A stretch of 63,874 bases of DNA, counting the filler, from Malassezia furfur (taxonomy: Eukaryota), in assembly GCA_052055015.1 (NCBI GenBank). It is 5 parts of 5 records of this genome, joined end to end, with 100 filler letters (N's around TTAATTAATTAA, not from the genome) between each part and the next. Parts side by side here need not be neighbours in the genome. Positions count along the whole stretch, not along the records: positions 55,461 to 63,874 come from JBQJIT010000456.1; 4 more parts are not named here. One strand, written 5' to 3'. This document shows positions 55,461-63,874 of this stretch, piece by piece. The notes under the pieces were generated by a model. That model saw nothing but the letters and a program-made list of their open reading frames with translations. It searched no databases and had not been told where the DNA came from. A program made the translations under genes and the position numbers. The stretch's first letter is position 1; the number at the start of each line of letters is the position of its first letter.

Positions 55461-57679
55461 AGCTCAACGAGCAGGCCGACGCGCAAAAGAAGGACACCAC
55501 CACCGCGTGGCTCGACCCGATGGCGCCGCAGGCCGAGCGCACGTTTGCACAGGACGTGCGCGGGAACCTCATGGGCCGCCAGACGCAGGAGCAGGCCGCA
55601 TGGAAGCGGCACACCTTCAACAAGGCGACGACGTTTGGCAAGCGCACGAACCTGAGCATGCAGGAGCAGCGCGAGAGCCTACCGATCTTCAAGCTGCGCT
55701 CGGAGCTCGTGCAGGCGGTGCGCGACAACCAGGTGCTCGTGGTGGTCGGCGACACGGGCTCGGGCAAGACGACGCAGCTCACGCAGTACCTCGCCGAGGA
55801 AGGGTTTGCGGACCATGGCAAGAAGATTGGGTGCACGCAGCCGCGGCGAGTCGCGGCGATCAGCGTCGCGAAGCGCGTCGCCGAGGAGGTCGGGTGCCGC
55901 GTCGGCCAGGAGGTCGGCTACACGGTGCGCTTTGAGGACTACACGTCGCCGGCGACACGCATCAAGTACATGACTGACGGTATGCTGCAGCGCGAGTCGC
56001 TCGTCGACCGCGACGTGAGCCAGTACTCGGTGATCATGCTCGACGAGGCACACGAGCGCACGATTGCGACCGACGTCCTGTTTGGCCTGCTCAAAAAGGC
56101 GCTCGGTCGTCGCCCCGACCTGAAGTTGATCGTGACCTCGGCGACGCTGGACGCGGCCAAGTTTAGCGAGTACTTCTTCGGGTGCCCCATCTTCACGATC
56201 CCCGGGCGCACGTTCCCGGTGGAGATCCTGTATACCAAGGAGCCGGAGCCCGACTACCTGGACGCGTCGCTGATCACCGTGATGCAGATCCACCTCAGCG
56301 AGCCGCCGGGCGACATCCTCGTCTTCCTCACGGGCCAGGAAGAGATCGACACGAGCTGCGAGATCCTCTATGAGCGCATGCGCGCGCTGGGGCCCGGCGT
56401 GCCGGAGCTCATCATCCTCCCGGTGTACTCGGCGCTCCCCAGCGAGATGCAGTCGCGCATCTTCGAGCCTGCCCCGCCCGGCGCGCGCAAGGTGGTGCTG
56501 GCGACCAACATCGCCGAGACGTCCATCACGATCGACGGCGTGTACTACGTGGTGGACCCCGGCTTTGTGAAGCAGAACGCGTACGACGCACGCCTCGGCA
56601 TGGACAGCCTCGTGGTGACGCCCATCTCGCAGGCCCAGGCGCGGCAGCGCTCGGGCCGTGCGGGGCGCACCGGGCCGGGCAAGTGCTACCGCCTGTACAC
56701 CGAGGCGGCGTACCGCAACGAGATGCTGCCGAACCCGATTCCCGACATCCAGCGGCAGAACCTCGCCTCGACGATCCTCATGCTCAAGGCGATGGGCATC
56801 AACGATCTCCTGCATTTCGACTTTATGGACCCGCCGCCGGCGCAGACGATGCTCACGGCGCTCGAGGCGCTGTACGCGCTGAGCGCGCTCGACGACGAGG
56901 GGCTGTTGACACGCCTCGGGCGCAAGATGGCCGACTTCCCCATGGACCCGATGATGGCCAAGACGCTGATCACCAGCGTCGACCTGGGGTGCAGCGAGGA
57001 GGTGCTGAGCATCGTCGCGATGCTCAGCATCCAGAACGTCTTCTACCGGCCCAAGGACAAGCAGACGCAGGCCGACCAGAAGCGCGCCAAGTTCTTCCAG
57101 CCAGAGGGCGACCACCTCACGCTGCTCACCGTGTACAATGCGTGGGCCGCGAACCACTTCTCGATGCCGTGGTGCACGGAAAACTTCGTCCAGGGCCGTG
57201 CCCTGCGCCGCGCACAGGACGTGCGCAAGCAGCTCGTGGGCATCATGGACCGCTACCACCACGACATCCTATCGTGCGGCAAGGACTACAACCGCGTGCG
57301 CCGCGCCATCTGTGCGGGCTACTTCCGCAACGCCGCACGCAAGGACCCGCACGAGGGGTACAAGGCGCTTGCCGAGGCGGGCGGCAACATTTACCTGCAC
57401 CCGTCGAGCAGCCTGTTTAGTCGGCCCGCCGAGTACGTCGTGTACCACGAGGTGGTGATGACCTCGAAAGAGTACATGCGCGAGGTCACTGCCATCGAGC
57501 CCAAGTGGCTCGTCGAGGTCGCCCCACGCTTCTTCCGCACCGCCGACCCGACGAGCCTGTCGAAGCGCAAGCGCGACGAAAAGATCAAGCCGCTCTACTC
57601 GAAGCAGGCCACCGCCCAGGAGGAGTGGAAGGCGTCGCGCGCGCGTGCGCAGGCCAACTACTACAACGAGCGTTTCTAG
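55461..57679 (+). CDS. PRP22: DEAH-box splicing helicase Prp22 (5' truncated)
   Basis: [55 protein letters not shown]. Confidence 0.9.
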
Positions 57680-57803
57680 CTTACATAGACCACCACCGAG
57701 ACGATCTGGGCCGCACCGCTCTTTGCCACGCGGCGCGGCGCGGCGCGGCCGCCTCCACCTGCACGGCGCGGCCGGTGGAGGAACGCTTTGAGCTGCTGCG
57801 CTC

Positions 57804-58716
57804 ATGAGTGACGCCGAGCCGTTTGACGAGACCGAGGAGACGTTCGCCGAGGCCGGCGTCCCAGACGGTGAGCCCGAGTCGGGATCGCCGTCTTCGTCTG
57901 AGAAGTATGCATCCGAAGAGGAGGAAGAGGAGGAGGAGGACGAGCTGGTGGACGAGATGGAAGACGTCGAGCCGATCGAGACGAACCGCCGTTCCCGCCG
58001 GCCCCTACGCATCAAACTGTCGCGCTCCAAGCCGCCGTCCGAGTCCACACCGAACTCAACGCCCTCACGCCGCTCCGGTCGGCGCACCACACGCACAGCG
58101 CGCGCCAGGGCGAGCACGGGCATGTCGGATGCGTCCGACGAGGACGAGCTGGACGCGTCCGACGACTCGGACGAGCTCGCGTCTGAGTCAATGGACCAGC
58201 CCATGACTGCACGCCAGATTGCGCGCGCAAATCGCGAGCGCGGGATCCAGAACGAGGAGCTCGTCGAGCTGCCGATGGGTGCGTCGCACACACACTTACC
58301 CCCAGAGTCCACCAAGCGCCAGAAGCTGTCCGAGACCGAGCTTGCGCTGCGCCGCTCCGAGACGGCGCGCCGACGCCGCAACCAGAGCGAGAAGAAGCTC
58401 GAGGATGACAAGATTGAGGTACGCACGCGCCCCGCTCACCCAGACCATCAATCGTCTGCTTAAGAAACAGGCGGGCAAAGTGCGCGGCAAAGACCGCGGC
58501 GACGATACACCCGACACGCACGAGGCACGCGCGAGGCCTCGCGACAGCGGGCCGCTCCCCATGTTTCGGTACATCTCGCGCGCAGACGGCGCGCTCCTCG
58601 CCGTGCCGCCAGGGCCGCCGTTTGTGGACGACGCCGGGGCGGGCGAGGGGCTGTACGACCATGCGCTGCGCACCGCCTTTGGCCAGTCCATCGAGACATG
58701 GACGCGTGCCAAGTAG
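57804..58716 (+). CDS. IES2: INO80 complex subunit Ies2 (PAPA-1)
   Basis: MTARQ; ELALRRSETARRRRNQSEKKLEDDKIETINRLLKKQ after a 25-nt intron 58419-58443; probable 27-nt intron 58279-58305. Confidence 0.82.
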
Positions 58717-58732
58717 CTGTAGACTAGTCCTC

Positions 58733-59467
58733 CTATACACTTCCGCGCCCCAGCCCCGTCGGCAGCGCCTGCCACATTTTGCTGCCCGGGATCGGCATCA
58801 TTTCGTCGACGTAGTGCTCACAGATCATCCCCGAGTGCCGATCGAAACGGTAGCGGAACAACATCACAAAATCCTGTACTGAGCCCGAGACCCGCCCGCT
58901 CCCGCGGAAACGCAGGCGCATCATCAGCTCGTCGCGCGGCATCGGCTGCCCCGGCGGCGCATCGGCAGGCGCGACGGGGCTCACTGCGCACGGAAGCAGC
59001 GACAGCTGCTCAATCTGGATATGTGCATCGTAAAACAGCGCACGAAGTGACCACCGCAACCACTGTGCGCTCATCAAGTATACGCGGCGTCCTCGCAGCG
59101 AGAAGGCCGGCTTGAAGGGTGTGACGTTCGGCGCTGCGTTGGGCAGCGGCGGCAGTTGCGGGCCGAACCGGAAGTACATGCGCTTGTGGTAGATTTGCGC
59201 GGATCGTGCGTATGTCGTAAGTGCGTTCGAGCCCAGGTACGGCGACAGCGAGTCGTGCACCGCTTCGTCGTCGCGGTCGACCAAACCGCGCTCCATGAAT
59301 TGGGGCAGCGTCTCGCGCAGATGGCGGATCGCCGCACCGACGCGCACCTGGTACTCATGCTCCGGCACATTGTTCCAATTCAATACTGTCTGACTCGCAG
59401 AGAAGAGGCGCAGGGGCTCGCACGAGCGCGCCGCATGCACGCCACTGCGCACGAGCGACGCGCGCAT
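58733..59467 (-). CDS. Hypothetical protein, likely mitochondrial (DUF2358/C6orf136-like)
   Basis: Presequence-like N-terminus; LRETLPQF, LRGRRVY, FRYRFD..G.ICEH.VD. Confidence 0.5.
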   Translation of the reverse strand: MRASLVRSGVHAARSCEPLRLFSASQTVLNWNNVPEHEYQVRVGAAIRHLRETLPQFMERGLVDRDDEAVHDSLSPYLGSNALTTYARSAQIYHKRMYFRFGPQLPPLPNAAPNVTPFKPAFSLRGRRVYLMSAQWLRWSLRALFYDAHIQIEQLSLLPCAVSPVAPADAPPGQPMPRDELMMRLRFRGSGRVSGSVQDFVMLFRYRFDRHSGMICEHYVDEMMPIPGSKMWQALPTGLGRGSV

Positions 59468-59510
59468 CGTCGTCGCAAGTCCCGATCGACACCCCGATCT
59501 TCTTGTGACG

Positions 59511-61397
59511 ATGGCCACGGACCGGTACGCGGCGGAGCGCGCGGTGCTGGGCGACGACGCGCTCGAGCGCCTGCGGCAAGCACACATGCTCGTCGTGGGA
59601 GCCGGAGGTATTGGCAGCGAAGTGCTCAAGGATCTCGTATTGCTCGGTGTAGGGCACATTGAGATCGTACGTCCACCTCACTTACGCAGATCGACCTCGA
59701 CACAATCGACCTGTCCAACCTGAACCGGCAGTTCCTCTTCCAGAAGCAGCACATACAGAAGCCCAAGGCACAGGTGGCCAAGGCATCGGCGAGTGCGTTC
59801 AACCCAGACGTGAACATCGTGGCGCACCATGCCAACGTCCAGGGCAAGGAGTTTGACGTCGCTTTCTACCAGAGTTTTGATGTCGTCCTCAGCGCGCTAG
59901 ACAACCTTGCGACGCGCCGCTATGTGAACCGGATGTGCGTCGCTGCCGGTGTCCCACTCGTTGAGAGCGGCACCGCGGGCTTCCTGGGCCAGGTTCAGCC
60001 GATCCGCGCAGGACACACCGAGTGCTACGACTGCACGGCGCACCCGACGCCGACCACGTTCCCGGTGTGCACGATCCGCTCGACACCGTCGACGCCCATG
60101 CACTGCATTGTGTGGGCCAAAAACTGGCTGTTCCCGTACGTGTGTGCACTCACACAGGCAACTCTTTGGCGAGGACGACGAGACGGGCGACGCCGAACTC
60201 GACGAGGCCGCACGGTCCGGCGAGAATGCGCAAGAGCTCGAAAATCTGCGGCGTGAGGCGCATCAGATGCGCGCACTCCGCACCGAGCTTACTGACGCGC
60301 CGCACGAGGCCGCGTGCAAGATCTTTGCCAAGGTGTTTGATGTCGATATCCAGCGCCTCCTCAGCATGGACGACATGTGGGAGCAGCGCAGGCGGCCTAC
60401 GCCACTTACACTTGCAACTGCGCTCGAAGATACACATGCGCCCGAGCAGACCAATGTTCTCAAAGACCGCCAGACGCTGTCGCTCGCCGACACTGCGCAG
60501 CTGTTCCTCGATAGCACCGAGGCGCTCGCCAAGCGGGCCCAGTCGTCGTCGGCGCCGCTCGCGTTTGACAAGGACGACACGGATGCGCTGGCGTTTGTGA
60601 CTGCCGCGTCCAATCTGCGCGCGCATGTCTACCACATCCCGCGCAAGACGCAGTTTGAGACCAAGCAGATTGCCGGCAACATCATCCCGGCGATCGCGAC
60701 GACGAACGCCATCGTCTCGGGTCTCGCAGTAGTGCAGGCACTCCACATGCTTGCCGAACGGTGGGACGCGATGCGCATGGTGAGCATGGCGCGGCACCCG
60801 GCGCGCGCGTTTACTACCTTTCCTCCCGCGCCCCCCAACCCGGCGTGTGGTGTGTGCAACGACATGTATCTCGTGACCGATGTGCGGGTGGACGAGACGA
60901 CGCTGGGTGACGTGCTTGACGTTGTTCGCAAGCCCACATCGGAGGGTGGCCTTGCCTACGACGAGGATGCCGAGGTGTCGATCGCCGACGGTGCGCGCAT
61001 CCTGTACGACCCGGACCTCGAGGACAACCTGGGCAAGACGCTCGCGGAGCTACGCGTCAATGTCGGTACCGCGCTGTCAGTGGTTGACGAGGATGCCCAA
61101 AAAGCTACGGTGCAGCTCCTGCTGCACGACGGCGATGCCAAGGTCCCGCACGTCCGTTGGCCTGGCGGCCGCGCCGAGGAGGTCCGTGCGCGGCGCGCGG
61201 TGCCCAAACCCGCGTCGGATTCCGAGTCGGACGTGGAGGCCGTCGAGGCGCCGCTGCCGACAACCGCAGCGCCAGCACACGGCCGTAAGCGGCGGGCGTC
61301 CGATGCGGCCGTCGAGGTGCCGGCTAAGCGCAAAGTGTCCGACACCGGCGATGCACCGCAGGGCTCGTCAGAAGATGCAGCCATCGTTCTAGACTAA
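59511..61397 (+). CDS. UBA2: SUMO-activating enzyme subunit Uba2
   Basis: [55 protein letters not shown]; introns 59667-59689 (23 nt) and 60136-60157 (22 nt). Confidence 0.94.
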
Positions 61398-61405
61398 TTG
61401 ATCTA

Positions 61406-63841
61406 TTAGCGGTCCTTGAGCCAGCGTGCCTGCAGCCCTGCAAAGAGCGCCACGAGCCCCACAAACACAAAGCCGAGGAAGTAGTTGAAAGGCCACGGGT
61501 GCGCCGTGGGCCCACCCCGGATGCTCTTGGCCCACACCAGACCACCGACGATCGGGCCGATGCACCGTGCCGCGGAGCTCACCGTCTGGGCCAGGCCGTT
61601 GGCGAGCGGCACGAGGTGCGGCGGCGTCCAGGCGTTGAGGAGCACCATAATCGCTGTGAACGACACCACGTTCGCGAGCCAGCGCAGCGTTGCAAAGGCG
61701 ATCATGGCCAGCATCACGAGCACATCCGTGTTGGGCAGGAGGAAGGTGCGCAGGAAGGGGAAGAGCAGGTAGCACGGCAGGTAGAGCATCACGCCCAGCT
61801 GGAACATGGCGAGGTGCGACAGCGGCCCGTTGGGCGGGCCGAGATTAGGGTACAAGCGGAACTGGAAGTAGAGCTGGCACACCGCCATTGACGCAATCAG
61901 CACGGCGTAGTGTCCCGCATTGAGACCCAGACCGCCGGACGGCTCGGGCGTCACGAGGAACGCCAAAAACACCTGGTCAAACGTCGCCGCATGGAATGAC
62001 AAAATTCCGTAGTGCACCACAATCACCACGGGGATCAGCGCCCAGAGCGACGGGGGCACCGCCGGCAGCTCGGGCTCGGGCTCGGCCGGCGCCGTGTCCG
62101 GCTCACGGGCCTTGCTGCTGACGTGCGACGCCTGGCTCTGGGTGCGGTGCATCCGCTGGAAGTGCGCGGGCGGAAGGTAGCCGTGGTCGTTGCGGCCAGC
62201 CTCGCGCTCCGACCCATGGAACGACGTGCCAAACAAGGGCGGCGCCTCGCTGTACGGCGACGCGCGGCCGTCCTCTGCGACCGAGTCGGCGTCGTCGCGG
62301 TACTGGGGCCGGAGGGTCGAGTCGGCAGCCTCCTGCGCCTCCTCGCCATGGGTCGCCGCAGCGACCCAGAGGTCGGTCACCGAGAGCAGCGCGTCGTCGT
62401 TTGCCAGCACAAAGCGCTCAATCAGCGACATGTTGGATTCGCGGCGCAGCGACTCGGACAGCTCGACATCGTCCGCGACGCTCGGCGCGAAGAAGGACAT
62501 GGGACGCCCCGTGCCGACGCTCGGCGTGCGCCCAGAGCGGCGCAGCGAGGGCGCAAAGTAACTCGACGACGCGCGCCCCCGCGGGTCGTTCGAGACGCCG
62601 CGCAGCGATGGGCTTGCACCGTATACGGACCCGGTGTTGCTCGGGTTGCGTCCAAGCGCGCCGTGCGGTGCGGCGCGCCGGCCGCGTGCGGTGCTGTGCG
62701 GCAGCGAGTAGGCGCTCATTTCTTCGTTCTCCTCGTCGTCCTCGTTGGGCGTAGTAATCGATGGAGAGCGCCAGCCCTCATCCTCGAGCGCGCTGCGTGC
62801 CTCCTCGTCGTCGTCGTCGGGGAGCTGCACGACTTTCGGCCCTGTGTTTGGCTCCAAGAACAGCGAGAGGAGCGCACCGATGGCCGTGAACGACGCGGCG
62901 ACGATGCATGGCAGTGCGTACGGGTATCTGTGCAGGAACTCCGAGGAGCCGAACAGCCACGGGTACTTTTGCGCGGGGTGCTCGAGCAGGCCACCGAGGA
63001 TCGGCCCGATGATGCCTCCCATACCCCAACAGAAGCCCATCTGCGCGTACGCGCGGCTCTCGTTCGTTTCATCGGTGAGATCGCGCACGGCGCCCTTGGC
63101 GACGCCCACGGCACCGTTGAAGAAGCCCTGTGCGAGGCGGAAGAGCAGTGCGCTCGCGAGATTCGGCGAGAGACCAAACGCGGCAAGCGATACGGTGCTG
63201 CCGACGAGCGACACCTGGAGCACGAGCCGGCGGCCATGCTTCTCTGCGGCCGAGGCCCAGAGCAGCGAGGTGAGGAACTGGGCAAAGAAGAACACCGCCG
63301 CGAGGATTCCGGCCCAGAAACCCACCTGGCTCTCATCGCCCACGCGGAAGTCGTCGAGCATGAAGAAGAGGAAGGGGCCCGCCACTCCTGCCGAGCAGAA
63401 CTCGCCAAAGATCAGCAAGCACAGCACCGTGTACGGGAGCAGCGGGATCGGGGTTGACTCGGGTGTCGCGAGCATCGTCGGAACCGTGACGTGCGAGGCG
63501 TTGGTGTACCGCGCGGGATGCTCCCATCCTTCGGTCGCCTCGCGCAGGTGGCGCAGGTGTGGGTTCTCGAGCACGCTTGCGCGGTCTTGGCTGCCGTGCA
63601 GCCAGTTGCGGACCGTGCCGAGCGGATCGCGCGGCGTGCGCCGCTTGAACGACACCGACGCCGCCCGCTCGCGGCCTGGCGATTGCATCGGCACCTCGTC
63701 GGGAGATGCCGGCATAGACGAGCGGCTGGCAGAGCGCTCCATTAGGTGATGAGGCAGCGAAAACACGTTGGGAGATGCTGCTGGATCGTTGCCCTCGGCT
63801 GCGCCATGCGCGGGGGACGCCGCGTCCCGGCCGGCGGGCAT
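61406..63841 (-). CDS. MFS transporter (YCR023C/ZIFL-like) with large central cytoplasmic loop
   Basis: GFWAGIL..FFFAQFLTS.LW..KHGRR, FRLAQGFFNG, GPILGGLL, NGLAQTVSSAARCIGPIVGG. Confidence 0.88.
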   Translation of the reverse strand: MPAGRDAASPAHGAAEGNDPAASPNVFSLPHHLMERSASRSSMPASPDEVPMQSPGRERAASVSFKRRTPRDPLGTVRNWLHGSQDRASVLENPHLRHLREATEGWEHPARYTNASHVTVPTMLATPESTPIPLLPYTVLCLLIFGEFCSAGVAGPFLFFMLDDFRVGDESQVGFWAGILAAVFFFAQFLTSLLWASAAEKHGRRLVLQVSLVGSTVSLAAFGLSPNLASALLFRLAQGFFNGAVGVAKGAVRDLTDETNESRAYAQMGFCWGMGGIIGPILGGLLEHPAQKYPWLFGSSEFLHRYPYALPCIVAASFTAIGALLSLFLEPNTGPKVVQLPDDDDEEARSALEDEGWRSPSITTPNEDDEENEEMSAYSLPHSTARGRRAAPHGALGRNPSNTGSVYGASPSLRGVSNDPRGRASSSYFAPSLRRSGRTPSVGTGRPMSFFAPSVADDVELSESLRRESNMSLIERFVLANDDALLSVTDLWVAAATHGEEAQEAADSTLRPQYRDDADSVAEDGRASPYSEAPPLFGTSFHGSEREAGRNDHGYLPPAHFQRMHRTQSQASHVSSKAREPDTAPAEPEPELPAVPPSLWALIPVVIVVHYGILSFHAATFDQVFLAFLVTPEPSGGLGLNAGHYAVLIASMAVCQLYFQFRLYPNLGPPNGPLSHLAMFQLGVMLYLPCYLLFPFLRTFLLPNTDVLVMLAMIAFATLRWLANVVSFTAIMVLLNAWTPPHLVPLANGLAQTVSSAARCIGPIVGGLVWAKSIRGGPTAHPWPFNYFLGFVFVGLVALFAGLQARWLKDR

Positions 63842-63874
63842 GGGGGGCGAGGTTGGGTGGAGGGTGTGCGGTGC

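Noticed and set aside
25705..57262. Many long antisense/alternate-frame ORFs (e.g. 25705-27159, 29096-30874, 43556-45184, 55679-57262)
   Set aside because: These are shadow ORFs expected from high GC3 codon bias; I recognise no domains in them.
12673..57679. Truncated SMC1, SMC5, LRR, BRE1 and PRP22 as pseudogenes
   Set aside because: All truncations coincide exactly with assembly gaps, and the frames are intact up to the Ns.
1..63874. CRISPR arrays, tRNA/rRNA genes, transposons, prokaryotic defence systems
   Set aside because: No repeat-spacer arrays, cloverleaf or rRNA signatures, TIR/LTR or transposase/RT motifs were seen; the sequence is eukaryotic.

Overview
This is gene-dense, GC-rich basidiomycete yeast DNA. 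Gene content, LIP1/SMG1-type lipases, compact spacing and tiny introns point to Malassezia, and the high GC and divergent duplicate copy suggest the M. furfur group (inference). The window is five contigs joined by 100-nt N/TTAATTAATTAA linkers. The first ~10.7 kb is a lower-GC, almost intronless island of tandem paralogs: 3 secreted S10 serine carboxypeptidases, 2 class-3 lipases and 2 RimJ/RimL-type GNAT acetyltransferases. The rest is tightly packed housekeeping genes: SNG1-like, SMC1, a J-protein, NOB1, NDUFA1, two Gfo/Idh/MocA paralogs, GMF, ZNF706-like, Reb1-like Myb, CLC1, MRPL23, CCDC97-like, SMC5, an LRR protein, KRS1, a DDT/WSD-like protein, POT1, ECM4-like GST, ERG28, MED19, BRX1, CBP4, RPS23, RPL27, MVD1 x2, BET5, TM9SF, GLN4, TSC1, a PWWP protein, TOA1, DPL1, BRE1, PRP22, IES2, UBA2 and an MFS transporter. 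By hand I reconstructed 46 spliceosomal introns, 33 of them only 21-28 nt, with a relaxed CTNAC branch point fused to the 3' splice site. Several small genes are invisible in the ORF track because of these introns. Other points of note are a recurrent CACGTG promoter motif, overlapping or near-abutting convergent genes, a hairpin-containing RPL27 intron, and two diverged MVD1 copies flanking a gap (probable hybrid subgenomes). All product calls come from motif recognition; no database searches were run.
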